Below are positions 28,196-41,740 of a stretch of DNA of 64,000 bases, piece after piece. The position numbers were made by a program, and so were the translations under genes. The notes beneath the pieces were generated by a model, which made no database searches, was not told where the DNA came from, and was given only the letters and a program-made list of their open reading frames with translations. Position 1 is the first letter of the stretch; each line of letters opens with the position of its first letter. This DNA comes from Strigamia acuminata (Eukaryota): the NCBI GenBank assembly GCA_949358305.1, contig OX442314.1, positions 20,212,001 to 20,276,000 on the forward strand, given 5' to 3'.

Positions 28196-28692
28196 CAGTG
28201 TTGTATCGAACGCTTCGTGAACTAAGAACGTGGACTAGTTCACTTTTACAAATGAACGGAAAAAACAAACTTAGTTCACTTTTAACAATGAACTAGAACG
28301 AAGTTTGCGTTCACCATGTTTGATGATGAAAACGTCGCAAAAACGTAACTTTTTGCATTGATTTTAAACGTTTTGATGACGTTTTCATCATCAAAACATT
28401 CAATTTGATCACTTTTTACAACGAAAACGGCAAAATCAGCCGTATTCGTCATTAAAAGCAATGAAAACAACTGCTTTACTAAAAAAAAGTGTTTTTTTTT
28501 TTCCATCTGCAAACCACAAAACATAAAAAAAAAAATTTTAATTTTTAAAAAAAAAATTTGAAAAGTGAACTGAACTATTGGTTCAAGTTTGCGAACTAGA
28601 ACTTAGAACTGAACGCGAATGTAAACTAGTTCACACGGTGATGAACGCGAACTTGAACTAGTTCGCAATTTGATGAACGAGATACAACACTG
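28196..28692 (-). mobile_element. hAT MITE, copy 2 (same family as 26555-27110, opposite orientation)
   Basis: TIR CAGTGTTGTATC; 8-bp TSD ACGGTTTG; the empty site is visible in duplicate copy A at ~24524. Confidence 0.92.
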
Positions 28693-29797
28693 ACGGTTTG
28701 TGCTGTCACGACACCCCATAGGCTGGTGATTCTGCCTTGCCGCAAATGTGCATCGTATCTAATTCAAGTTGCTTGCTCTACTTGCGTGTTCACTTAATTA
28801 ATCCAAACGTTCAATTTCTACCTAAACATCAGTGACTGATGTAAAAATAAACCCATTATATTTTATACAAATACACAAATTTTGAACCGCCTGACAAGCT
28901 TATTCGTGCTTAACTCCATATAAATGTACCTACTTGCAGAAGATAATACGTTTTAAATGATCCCATAACTCACGATACTACAACTTCGCAAAAATCGAAA
29001 CAAATTACCGAGAAAGAGGTATCTCACATACAAGTAAACATGCAACAACTTCATTTCTATTTCATTTGAGGTTAGCAACCAGTTGAATCAAAAGACTTTT
29101 GCAATGAATAAGTATTTTTTACATTTTCTGCTCCTTTTCATTCACAATCGACAAGGTTTGTTAAAAAACTCTAAAAAAAATTGAAACGTTTCAGAGGTGG
29201 ATCTACGGTCTAAATGGACGAGGGGGAACCTTTTCGCAGCCATTTTCGGGGTCCTAATTCAGAAAAAAATGTCCAAAAAAAATTTTTAAACATTATTTTT
29301 AAAAAAAATTATTTTTATTTTTGGAATTTTGGGGTCCCCGCTTCTGCGAGAACTGTGAGATATTATAAATCCACTCCTGAAAAGTTACTGTCTATTCTAA
29401 ATTGTTCTAAATGTTTTTTCTCGAGTTAGAGTCGCGGCTCTTAATCGAGGGCGGTTCTTATTGCAATTGGCACAATGTTTGCACCGTATTCGTTACTTAA
29501 CGTACCGTATTCGTTACGTAAGGTACTGTATTCGGTACATTACGATTATTTCGGATATACGTGGTCGTTTCCATTCTTAAAACGATTCCCAATGCCAAAA
29601 CGATCCATTGAAGTTGCCTTCAAGCTGAAACTTGAATAAAAACCTCGAATTATAGCCGCCCTTGAATAACAGCCGTGTCTACTATTCGAGGGCGACTCTT
29701 AATCGATAAAATACGGTATATAGTTTTTTTTAATTGTTTCTGATTTTGTCGTGCATTTACTGTATGAAAGCTAATCATAACAATTTTTAAGTTTCAG

Positions 29798-32700
29798 TTA
29801 TCTGTAATATATCAACCAACCATACTTGTAATTCGTACAAAATAGAAAAAGTAGTTAATGTACTGAACTCACTCCAAGCACGAAGTGTTTACTTCATACA
29901 CGACGCGGGTAAATTTTAATTTTATTCTTTATTTCATCTTCTGTTTATAAATTCTTCTTCGATGTTTTTCTTTTATTTTTATAGACGTTTTAGATTCAGC
30001 TTTATTAGCTCACAATTGGCCATCTTTTATCAAACTTTCAACTTATCATTTAAGTAATGGCGGCAATACGTCAACTGTTTCACCACAACAACACTTTGAT
30101 GTATTGGTTGTGTTGTTAAAGCATTCGGATAAATGGATCAAGTTTTTAACTGCCAAAGTATGATAATTAATAAAATTTACATATTTATTAGGTTTAAAAA
30201 ATTAAATTTAAATACACTTATAGATTTTTAGTCCTCCTTTTGTTATTGAAAAGAAAACTGTTTTGTTTGTAATTGATGTTGATGGTCTGCAAATACAAAT
30301 GTCTCCTCGTGTCGAAGTGAAGTTGCAGAACTTTATTATTTGGAGGCAAAATAAAATCTATTTTCTATTGCACGATAAAAATTCAAAATGCAATGTAAAG
30401 TTTTAAATGCATTACAATTGTACCGACATAATGACTTTGCTTAATTTAAATCTAGATCTTCAATCTCCATATGATACAATACAGGACAATGATGCGTGAT
30501 ATTGAGAAAAGAACATTGGATATTCATTTTCATACATATGAAACAAAAATAATTCCTTTACAAAAAACAAATATGTCTGTAGGAATTAATCCGGTAATAT
30601 AATTCAATAATAATGTATTGTTAATAGTCATATCTAGGGCAAGGATAAATGCATAAATGTATTTTAAAAATATTATTTTGCATATTTACCCAAAATTGGC
30701 TATTAATGTATAAATCCCAAAGTTTGGAAAATAAATGCATAAATCGCCATTTTTCAAAAATAAAATGGTGATTTGTGCCTTTTTTTTACAGTAAGTAACA
30801 CGTGTAGTCGTGTTCAAAAAAATTGGACCCTCACTCTATGCTGGAAATTGAACTTGAGTAATTTCGTGTTTTGTCACTAGGTGAAACACCAGACATCAAC
30901 AAGTGATAATACTTGTATAGCCTAGTATGAAATTTTTGGTGCATATTTTATGTGCATAAAACAAATTTTATTTTGCATAAATATACGCACTTTAGTCATA
31001 TCATATTTCATTTTTTCTGTATATCAGTTTTCGCCAGATGCAATTGTAGTAAAAGACTCGAACGGGACAAAAACATTCACTGGATTTGTGTACGAATTAT
31101 TAGTTGACTATTTATTTCCCATGATGAATTTAAAGTAATAGAATTAATACATTGTACTATTGCTTCACTAGGTGCATAATTTATCTTCTATTATTCAGGA
31201 TAATTGAAGTATACGGCAATCAAATTGAACCTCCAGGAGAAAACTTTGGTATAATGAACATGATCATCGAAAAAGTAAAACAATCTTAGTATGCACTTGC
31301 ATGCTCTTCACTCATAATCATAAAATAGCCATATTACACAAATTAATTAATGTGTTTGGATTTAATAAATTAAATATACCGATATAACTAGAGAAAGTAG
31401 ATAAATTTCTGCTTCAACCAAAGATTTGAACGATTGTCATCGTAAAAAGCAGCAAGAATTTTTTCACTGACCACTTAACCACAACTGCCTGCAATAACAA
31501 TTTGTAACATTAAATCCTGACAACAATGTTTTGCCGAGTGGCATTGAAGACAAGAAGTCTCATCAAGTGTGACTACAGAGTTCAGTCAACTCGCCTGGTC
31601 AAAGAAAGGAAACAATTGATGAGTCCACTAAACCAGTCAAGAATGTGTGGAATAGGACTACAGAAAAAAGTTTAATCATCCAGTTAAGGTTCAACAAAAA
31701 CGAGTTTCCAAAAATCAGATAAACATCTGGTTTAGGAAAAATAAAATATCCGAAGACCTCTATGGTTACTACTGATGTGTTATCATCTTATCTTAAAAAT
31801 AAACTGAAGACGATTTTTTCGTTATCTCAGTTCCCTCAATACTTACCATTTGCAATTTTGATGCATTGTATTTGAGTCCTCTCCGCAGCATCATTTTGTT
31901 CGAACTTTGCCGTGAAGCTACTTTTGCAGCATTAGGGATTCTCCCGATGCACAGAATCTTGAGCTTATATCATTACAGTAGGTGCATTCAAAAACTCTAA
32001 AACGCCTCTAAAACTCGTTTCGGGTTTGTACGTGACGTCATTCCCATTGAATAACATGGGAAATGAATGTTATTCAATGGGAATGACGTCACGTACAAAC
32101 ACGAAATGAGTTTTGCATACGTTTTAGAGTTTTTGAATGCAGCTAGTGCATTTAAGAGATGATGCACAGTAGTGATTTTAGATCAAGATTCCGTGCCCCA
32201 ACTATTGTTTCGGTTTAATTAACTGCAACTACAAACTCAAATGCTATTGTTCGTATATTTTAGAAACTTAATACAAGCACTACAGCTTTCATAATGACAC
32301 CGCCGCGAGTAAATGATTTTGATTGGGTATCTTTGCCAATGAAATACGACTATCTGGGATTAGCAGTTCGCCAATCGTTTGAAACCAACGAGTTTGATTT
32401 TTTAGCATTCACTCAACCTTTCACACTTACTTCGTGGGTTATCATTGCAGTGTTTACTGTTGTGTTTTCAAAATTAGATGACATCGTTCAAAAACACTCT
32501 CGTAAGTTAAGGTCTACAACACTGATTTCCCTATTTATTTCCGTATATATCATTTTTTTCCAACAGTTTCGAAGAAAACTTTAAGTTTTACACGTTCATT
32601 TCTCTTTTTCTGGCTTACATTTGCATTTTATAATGCAGTTATTTACGCCTATTTAACTACTATAACCAGCACCAACCCCTACAACAGTTTACATGACGTA

Positions 32701-33366
32701 CTAGAAGATAAAAGGTTTAAATTTTATGCCCACGCCAGATTTGATCTTCCCGTCATTTTAAAGGTAGCACGTAACAGTAGGGATTTTCCAAAATCCAATT
32801 TTAAATTCCATATCCTTTAGAGTGCAAAGACCAAGAAGTTTGTACAACTGAGGCAACGTTTGGAATCAAGTGACAATCAAGGAAAAGTGGAAAATTTCGA
32901 AGACGCTTACAATTTGGTTCTCAAAGTCAATCAATACAATGCATTTCTTCATTTTCTCAATTTAATGAAGCATGATGTAAAGCAAGACTGCAGATACCAT
33001 TTTATAAAAATAAACTACGAAATTTCTGTTCCTCTGACATTTGGAAAAGGATCTCGATTTGTAGACATGTTTTCGCAAAAGTAAGTTACCTACTCGCAAG
33101 ACATTTTATAATATTAAAAATTTTAACTTTTGTAATTTAGTCAGATATGGGTGAAAGAATCTGGTCTGCTCACGAAACTTGAAGATAGATATCTTCCACA
33201 CAAAATCTGCTCGGATAATCATTACTTAACCAAACCAATATCAATATATATCACGATAAGTTTGTTTGTATTTTTATTATGTGGAGTTTGTGCATCTCTG
33301 TTTGCATTATTCTTAGAATTTAGTTATTCCAAAGGAACATATAAAAGACCATCAGGTAGCCCCTAA
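29798..33366 (+). CDS. Divergent ionotropic receptor (IR, iGluR-related chemoreceptor); start exon not resolved
   Basis: Phase-compatible exons ~29798-29908, 29985-30157, 30223-30395, 30456-30592, 31028-31134, 31199-31274, 32264-32501, 32567-32763, 32821-33080, 33141-33366. Motifs: FTGFVYELL (S1), FIMTPPRVNDFDW, FLAFTQPFTLTSW + M1, FYNAVIYAYLT (SYTANLAAFLT-like M3), KESGLLTKL..RY and M4 with FLE. Confidence 0.8.
30635..30994. mobile_element. hAT-like MITE in an IR intron
   Basis: 8-bp TSD GTCATATC; TAGGGC start and GCACTTTA end; ATGCATAAAT subterminal repeats. Confidence 0.65.
31980..32144. mobile_element. Fully palindromic Harbinger-like MITE in an IR intron
   Basis: AGGTGCATTCAAAAACTCTAAAACG ... 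CGTTTTAGAGTTTTTGAATGCAGCT; 3-bp TSD AGT. A related piece lies at ~43470-43580. Confidence 0.75.
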
Positions 33367-34321
33367 ACTGGCAAAACTCTAGTACCACAAACTTTCTTTT
33401 GTCCCGTAATGCTAAAAACTACTGCTAGACCAGGCACTAGATATATATCCGGTAATAAAAATGTCTTCAATGATTTGTGTTTATTCTGTGATGAAACAAA
33501 TCATTAAAAAATCTTTTAAAATCACCTTTATTCCCTGACATGCCCAGTCTCACGAGTAATAAAAAGTAAGATTTCACACTAAGTTGTGTTTTGTCAGCTT
33601 GAAATTTATGTTTTTCTTTCAAATGGAAATGTTTGTTCACATAAAGATTGTTCTTAAAATTTACAAATTAAAATATAAATTAATTCTTCAACAGAAGATA
33701 AATTTAAATTTTCGAAAAACAAAATTAATTGGTTTAATATGTTTTCCCTTTGGTTTCCAACAGTTTTCATTTTTGATTTAAAAAATGGTTTTAATAAGTT
33801 AATTTATTTCATGTATTTAATGAATGTACTTACCGTAATAGCTCTACAATAATCTTTGTATATTTTTATACCATGCGACCACAATGAGTTCAACGACGCC
33901 ATTTTGGGTTTGTAAAATCTGGTATCAAGTTCACGCCGGCTTTTGGCTTAACCAGCTGCAAGATTTTTTAGAAAAAAATTAAATGCTGTGAAAAATTCAT
34001 TGAATTTATTCTGATTTTATATTAATTTGTGTTTTAAAACGGCCAAGATTTTGAAATTGTAAATATAAATAGCAACAATCATTTAAACCTTCCACACAAG
34101 AACTAATTGTAAATGTTTGTAAATAAAGGATCAATAATTCTAAAACAAAAACAAAATCTACCTTTATGATGTCCTAAATTCAATCTCCTACAATATTGTA
34201 TATTGCGCCATTGAACTGGTGCGACCATATTTGACTGCTTCCATGGCGGTGTTTAACCAAACCTTGGGTAGATGTCGCCGCATCCTCTGCGTGCGACAAA
34301 TCCATCGCCGAGGCATCAAAA

Positions 34322-35745
34322 ATGGCGGTCTTGTGGCTGCAGTATCTGCTCATAGCCGCTTTAAGTCATAATATTGTGTCGAGTAATGTTTTCGATCGAG
34401 TTTTGGACGATGTGCACGAATGCAAAGAAGAATGCGACAAAACGTACACGCAACAAACAGGTCCAGATGTAAGTGACGTAAAGATATTTAGGGTTATTTC
34501 TTGTGTTTACTCATGAATAAAAAATTAATGAAATAATGTCTGTGCAATGAATAATTAACTTTTATGTTCCGATGGGATTGCGATTTTTTTCATACCTAAT
34601 TCTGTTTGCTAGCAAAAACATGCGGCTTGTTGTAAACGAGGCTGTCGATTTTTCTCCATTGTTGAATTCAGTAACGACCATCAAAACATGAACGGCACCA
34701 AGGACGCTTGTATGGCTTGTAAGTTAATCGTTTGCGTTCATTTTACACGTTGTAATTGACAATTTATTTTTGCAGCTTGCATGGAGGCGTATAGTCAAAC
34801 AGGAGACCGTTACGCGTGCAATATTGGTTGTTCGAATCAACTTCCATTTTCAGTAGAAAAACTAAAGAAGGTTTTTTTTTTTTTGTTTTTTTTTTAAATT
34901 AAAATTAAATATTTTTTTAAAAAAAATTATAATTCGGTTTATTTCTATTTCCAGATGAAAGATGATCCACCCAAGATGCATTTGCTCACTCCGTTAATGT
35001 TTGTACACAATATATACAACAACATGCTGAATCACATGTCACGTATGATGAGTGTCAGTTGGTCTTTTTATCTTCAACAAGATAATGGAAAAGTTGTAGT
35101 TATACAGTCAGAACCTGAAGTGATTACCGAGTATTTGGATATGGACGAAGTTGATTGTAATAATCTAATAATTTGTTTCCGTCTGAAACGAGTTTGTAAT
35201 CATTTTCTTTCGTATTAAAGATGAAAAGAACCAAGATGAGTCCAACACGGACGAAACGACCAATGATGTGGACGGTTTACGAGACGAACTTCTCCAGTCT
35301 CCCGATATGACTTTTCAGCACATGTTACCGGATACATATCACTACAACCAGATACAATTTAATGACGGGCTCGTATCCTTGACCGAAGATGAATCGTCTA
35401 ATAACATGGATTGGTTAGGCTGTGTTGCGCGGAAATCGGGACTGCCGCGATGGCTTATCGGTTTAACTATGCTGTCATCCGCTTTGGCCATGGTCTGGTT
35501 GTGTTTTACCACAACGGCAACTGCTCCTGATCATTACATACGTGCTCAGGTTGGTTCGTGAGTTAAAGCTTGCTTGGAATGATATTTTAAATTGTTTTGG
35601 TGATTTGTTTTTGCAGAAAATTAATTTATACCGAGATTTGGAGTATTTGAATGAAGTTGAACCTCAAGAAAAGGTGCGAATTCAACCGTTGAGGGAGGAT
35701 GAGGCCGCGCCGTTACCTTTAAAAATTGTTTTGCCAAATGCGTAG
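34322..35745 (+). CDS. TMEM59: Transmembrane protein 59 (TMEM59/TMEM59L family), 6 exons
   Basis: Signal peptide; Cys motifs C..EC..TY, CKRGCRFFSI, CMASCMEAY, RYACNIGC; SWSFYLQQDNGKVVVIQSEP; DWLGCVARKSGLPRW + TM + CFTTTATAP; C-terminal EAAPLPLK. Confidence 0.93.
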
Positions 35746-36453
35746 AGAATAATAACGAAATATGTATCTTTATTATTCCGGTTTATTTTTATTTTTATTT
35801 TCTCTCGTGGTTGTAAATATTTCAAGTAATAATAATACATATTTGTAAACAACCAATTTTTTGGGTATTTTTTTGGTAGTTACAATTTTGACAATTATTA
35901 ACTAATTTAATGCGTGTACCAAAGATTCTTATCAAAGTGTGTAATTTAATTGTATACTTTGCATTTGTTTAAAACTTTGAACAAGTGTGTTAATTTGTGC
36001 AATTGTCTCTTTTCGATGGTTTAAAACCACTTTTTAAATTGACGCTATTACAGTAGTTTGATGTGTTGATTTGTTTTATTTTTAAAATTGAATGTGCAGT
36101 AAAGAAAAAAAAATCATTTCAACGCCGATCTAATTAAAACATTTGTTTTTTTCTTTTGTTTATAATTTTACATTGTGGAATTTAAAAAGAAAATTAAATT
36201 GGTAAATTCAAAACTCGACTGCTTGTTGCAGAGTAATACATTTTTGCTATTCTTGTTGATATTCCATAGAATAAAAATGATAAAACATTTTGTTTGCAGG
36301 AATGAAAAACATTTCAAAAGTTGCAAGTAAAAATATTATTTATCAAAGAATTAAATTATCTATTTATTATAGTGATTCCTGTAAAAATATTTCTAAAACT
36401 TACCACAATGGTAAGTAATCCAACAAACTTCGTATTTACACTTCACAACATTA

Positions 36454-37854
36454 TCATGCTGCCACATCAGTTTTCACTTCTTCAATTGGTTCGTAACCAC
36501 CATCTTTGTATATGCAATAATTTTGGACCAGGAATACCGAACAGAAACCCATGGACATTAGACCAAGCCCCAACTTGGTTGGGTCTCCTACTATTGAGTT
36601 CCAATCGTCTATTTAAAAAGGAAAAAATAAATAAATAAAAAATATCATTTAAAAGATAGTATTAATTAGTTTTGTGTTTATTACTGACCATAATTCCAAG
36701 CGATGAGGACCATCTGTACAATGCTGAGACATCCGCCCGACAAGTCTAAAATGACACCTCCCATATGAAATCCAGTGGTTGATTTTCTTTTGTAATGAAA
36801 ATATGCCTGTAATTTAATTTAGCAGCAAAAAAATTCAAAAATTTGAATTGTTTGTCGGATAAATCAGTGGATTACCTGCGGTGTGTATTTGGTAACTGTT
36901 GTTACTAATTTGACGTATGAGAAATAATAAATAAACGTGAGCCATGAAATTAATCCTAATGCCGCGATGGAAAGCAGAACCCATAGATAAGAGAGAAGTA
37001 TCAGGAGGAGAAAGATGCATACTAGTGACACCAATTGGTCTTCATTCTTTAATAAAAGGATTAAATAATTTTTTTATAAATAAATTATGAATAAATTTTT
37101 TGGAGGGAAATTATATTTATTTCATGAACCAAATGCTATCTGCAATGCAATTTGATTCCGTATAATCAACTAAAAAATGCAAATACATGACGTCACTGAC
37201 CCAGGTTAAAATAAATTTTCCACTCGACTATGGTAAATCAAATTTGATTCCGTATAATCAACTAAAAAATGCAAATACATGACATCACTGACCCAGGTTA
37301 AAATAAATTTTCCACTCGACTATGGTAAATCAAATTTGAAATACTATACCGTACCCTGAATACAATCGCTTGTATAATCCACACGAAACTCGCCCAAGTT
37401 GCATGAAGTGAAAAAAGACAATCGTTTAACTGAACTGGAATCACACCTTTTGGATTAAGCGCATTATACTCATTCTGTAGATAAATTTAAATTATTACAA
37501 ATAAAAATTAATACATATTTTTTAGATTCAAAATACCTGTAATGCAGGAATCCAGTATAAGCCGCTATTAAATATGGCATACGTTAAATGACCCAAAAAA
37601 CCCAGAGCAATATAGTCGAAATTAATTCCATCAACACTATATATAAAATTGTAATTAGTTTGATGCATTTTCACTTAGTTAACTCAATTCCCCATACTGT
37701 ACCTTCTTCTGCTGACATTACTAAAAATCTGAGGATAAAAAGCAACAGTCCATGCTATAAAGTAAGCCCATCCCACGACCTGCGAAACAAGGTCTAATGT
37801 CACTGATGCTTGTTCAGCTTCACTAATACGAAGAAACAAATCGAAATTGTTCAT
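36454..37854 (-). CDS. CTNS: Cystinosin-like PQ-loop lysosomal transporter, 271 aa (exons 37854-37703, 37636-37537, 37474-37355, 37046-36876, 36806-36689, 36608-36454)
   Basis: VVGWAYFIAWTVAFYPQ; SVDGINFDY; GVIPVQLNDCLFSLHA; SYVKL...KYTPQAYFHYKRKSTTG; LDLSGGCLSIVQM; GDPTKLGLG; C-terminal GYEPI (GYDQL-like sorting motif). Confidence 0.93.
37149..37338 (+). repeat. ~92-bp x2 tandem duplication in a cystinosin intron
   Basis: AATTTGATTCCGTATAATCAACT...ATGGTAAATCA occurs twice, nearly identical. Confidence 0.9.
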
Positions 37855-38255
37855 TTACGTTCAGGGTTGTTGGTGTTTGATAGTTACAACTTGTCAATTC
37901 GTTTAAAAACATGTACAGGTACCTGTAACTTGTCGGTAACATAGCCAGCACCTTGTAGCATGTTAGATTTTAGATTTGGTCTTACCGAGAAATATCCTGA
38001 AGAAATGTGGCGTGCATTCCCGATTTTTCAATCTTCTGCTGCATCAGTTAATGTAATAATCTTCCCAAATTACTGATTAGTTTTTTTTTTATATCTTTTT
38101 ATTTAATTGCAGTCAAAGTTCATTGAGTCTTGCAGGTCGAGTAAACTATACACAAGTTTCATGGTCTGCAGTTTATTAATGACTCATGACTGAGTTTATT
38201 CTTGTCAAAACTTTCTTTTTTTATTATATTTTTTTGTGTGCTGTATTGCAAAGTT

Positions 38256-39390
38256 ATAATAATAATAATAATATTGTTTATTGGAACTACTACCAGAGTA
38301 ATCCTGTCCCTCCCAACAGCCTAAGCCTACAGGGGGAGAGACAGGACTTAATTAATACAAAAAACAAAACTGCCCACAAACTTGATAAGCATAACAACAA
38401 AAAATAAAAGTTTTTACAACAACTATTTCACCACTAAATAAACAATTAATCAATACATTAAACAAAAAAGTCATACAGTTCACGTTTAAGATCACCACCC
38501 GACAACCCAAAAATATCGATATTGGACGGCAAATCATTGACACAAGTACACAATCGACATACAGAACTCACCCTCGAGGGGACGAAAACGTTATGTAGAC
38601 GTGTAAAGTAGCAAGGAACATGAAACCGGAATTGACTCAACAAACTAGGGGAACACACCTGCCCCCGAATTATGGCCCCAACGAACAAAACATCACGAAT
38701 AATAAACAGTGATTTGATAGTAGGAATTTTCAAAATTTTCAAAATATTCTCATAATTGAAAACAGAGGAACGAAAAAAACGACGATGGATCAAATGCGCA
38801 AAACGCCGCTGAACACCCTCCAACCGCGCAAGCAAATAATTAGAACAACCAACCCAAACAGAGGATGCGAAAACCAAGCGGGAACGTATCATGGAAAGAT
38901 ACAGCAAACGCAAAGGACCAAAAGTACTAAAATCTCCGACCAACCTTGAAATAATACCCAAAATACGATTACAATTTGAAACAAGCTTCGTCACATGTGA
39001 AGTAAACAACAACGAGGAGTCAAACACTACCCCCAGGTCACGCTGCGTCATAGATCTAGACAGATTGGAGCCAAACAAACTGTACGGAAACAAGATGCGA
39101 TTACGCCGACGAGTAAACGACACGACCACAGACTTTGAAGCATTAATCTTCATGCGATTGGCCCTCACCCAATGCTCAACACGTACCAAAACACGTTGAA
39201 AAGCCTCACAGTCGCTGAGTTCCCCCACAGTACTACCAATCTTGGTATCATCAGCGAAAAATGATCGAAAAAACCCCGACAACAAATCAGACAAATCATT
39301 AATATATATCTTAAACAATATCGGCCCCAGTATCGAGCCCTGCGGAACACCAGCATCGAAAAGGTAGTTAAGTGTTTGATCTTGCACCAT
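38256..39390 (-). mobile_element. 5'-truncated non-LTR retrotransposon (CR1/L2/Jockey group RT C-terminus plus 3' UTR)
   Basis: ORF 38458-39390: GVPQGSILGPILFKIYINDL, FFADDTKI, RDLGVVFDSSLLF..HV, LEGVQRRFA. 3' end has AATAAA followed by an (ATT)n tail at ~38256-38272. Confidence 0.9.
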
Positions 39391-39912
39391 TTATCTCACC
39401 ATATCTTTGTGTCAGATTCAGACTATTTATTGATGGTCTTATTTCATGTTATTTATTTGCTTCGCAGCTGAAGCTTATACAGCAAATTTACTAATTGCTG
39501 ATTAGATTAAAGCAAAGATGTGTTGTTGCTATTTTTCCAACAGTATACACACTTTCTGAATACAATAAATTATTAATTTGACATAGTCGTTAGTTATATA
39601 AAAAGCAATTTGACTTCGCTGAACAAAGTACAAAAAAAATGCTAAAATTGATTTTATCGTGTAATTCGGTCATAAACCTATTTCCACACAATTTTAAATT
39701 GCACTAATGCAAATACTGTTGACACAAAAACGCGCTTAATGAAGATTGAAGACCGAGTTGTTGTAAAACATTAGCAAATTAATTTTTATATGATGAGGTA
39801 CCAAGTATAACTACAATTATTATTATTGTTTAAATTAATACTATAAGCTAAACTCACTAAATAGAGCCGTAGTGGATACCATAGATTGCTTTATTCCCTG
39901 CTCAGACGTGAG

Positions 39913-41740
39913 ATGGAAAACATCCGAAGATTGCCCGTGTCCACCGTGCGAATACACCACACCATTCCCATTCCAACATCCCGTTCTCGTGCTCGTGTCA
40001 CTAAACTCAAAACTTTACTCAACGCGTTTGCCACTTGCATAAGTATAGCTGTATGTTCGTGGCAAGTTGGAACGTGCGCGAAGAAATACTTCGATTGGCC
40101 CATCGGTACAACAGTTTCCGTAGACACAGTCAATAGGTTCACATTCCCTGCATTGTACTTATGTCCGTACGATTCACTGGGAAATATGTACCGAGCTTTC
40201 GAAAATATCTGTAATAATCATTCTAAGTGTAGAGATGATAGTCTTCAAAATCAAATGTATATGCCATATATGGAAGAATTGAATATAACCGTTCAAGATC
40301 TGTGGTCACACACTGCAATCCAAATGATTCGATCAAGTTTTCTGAGTGTGAGTTACGCGCAAGTATAATTGATTGTTTACATAATTTTCTTCCATTTTTC
40401 AGTGCCAAGACTCGTTAAATAAAAGTACTTGCGAAAATATTATGAATAATACCTATAACCAGAGCAACGCGACATTTCTGGATGCATCTTATGCCAAATG
40501 CTATGTTTTAAACGTTACTGGTACGATAAACTAAAAACATACAATACGGTAAATTGAAACGAGATCTGGCACTTCAGTCAGTTGGCTGAATTTGCGAACC
40601 TTGTGCACCAAAAGGCAGTTAAACATGTTTTGTTGTTTAAATACTGAGCGCATGCCCACTGCTGCTGAAAACAGACCAAATCGGCCGCCATTTTTGAAGT
40701 TAGATCGAGACAAGCAGTTTAAAAAGTAGTCTAAATGTGTTGTTTAAAATGACGTTTAGTCTAAATTACTTTATGAATGTGCCTAGTATGACGAATTAAT
40801 TAAATTGTATGCACTTAACATTTTTTTAAGATGTCTACTGGAATAGTCGAATTATGCCACTGATTACTTGGACTGTCACGATATCTAAAAAGCCAACTTC
40901 TTCTTTAGAAGAATTAATACTATCGGTAAATTACTGGCAGATTTTAAATAACTCACTAAATCAAAACTGCATGCTAATTTTTTTTTTAAATTTTATATGA
41001 CAGGCCACTGCTGTGGAAAGTGCAGATTCAAACGACATAAGGTTGTTGTTTCCTTTCGGGTTTTACGCGGAAAATACAACTACGAGATTAGAAATTGTAG
41101 CAATCACGAAGGTAAATAAACGCATAACTTTAACACAGTTTAATTAAATATTAAAAATGCAATCTGTTTTGCATTTTTCCTTTAGTTTAATCGAGTGCAA
41201 CCTTGTATAACAGAAGATGAATACAGAAAATGCACTAATGACTGCTATGATCAAGTTATACACGACGGATTTGATGAGTTGGAAGTAAAGGAACCAAACA
41301 AAACATTTTGTAGGTAAGTAACCACCAATTTATTTTCACGATTGCTGAATGGCTTTGAACACACTACGTTCTATATTGGCAGGTATCCATTTTTAAAATC
41401 CAACAACAAATTTAAAAACTGTCGCAGTGTAGAGGATGTTCTTGAGACTGCTTATGAATTATCCACTCAAGACCTTTCTACTTGCAACTGTCCGAAGCGT
41501 TGTACCAAAACTATGTACAGCATAATTGGAGTTCGAGAATACTTCCCTACTTTGACTGGCATCACGTTAATTTTAAAGCATTGTGTTAACTACAATGATG
41601 TAGTCGATGAATATTACATGTATTCCATTTCCAGTCTATTTAGTGATCTGGCCGGAAATATTGGTTTCTGCATTGGAATTTCCGTACTGGGCACGATGCA
41701 CTATCTAGTCAAATTTATTATTCGATCATTCAAACCCTAA
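39913..41740 (+). CDS. DEG/ENaC (pickpocket/ASIC-like) channel, copy 1, 6 coding exons, ~414 aa
   Basis: TM1 then YFDWPIGTTVSV..FTFPALYLCP (FPAVTIC-like); Cys-rich thumb CNCPKRCTKTMY; TM2 YSISSLFSDLAGNIGFCIGISVL (GxS belt). All exons open and phase-compatible. Confidence 0.88.

Noticed and set aside
26769..28524. Paired 87-aa and 80-aa similar ORFs
   Set aside because: Both lie inside the two copies of a non-autonomous hAT MITE and show no transposase motifs.
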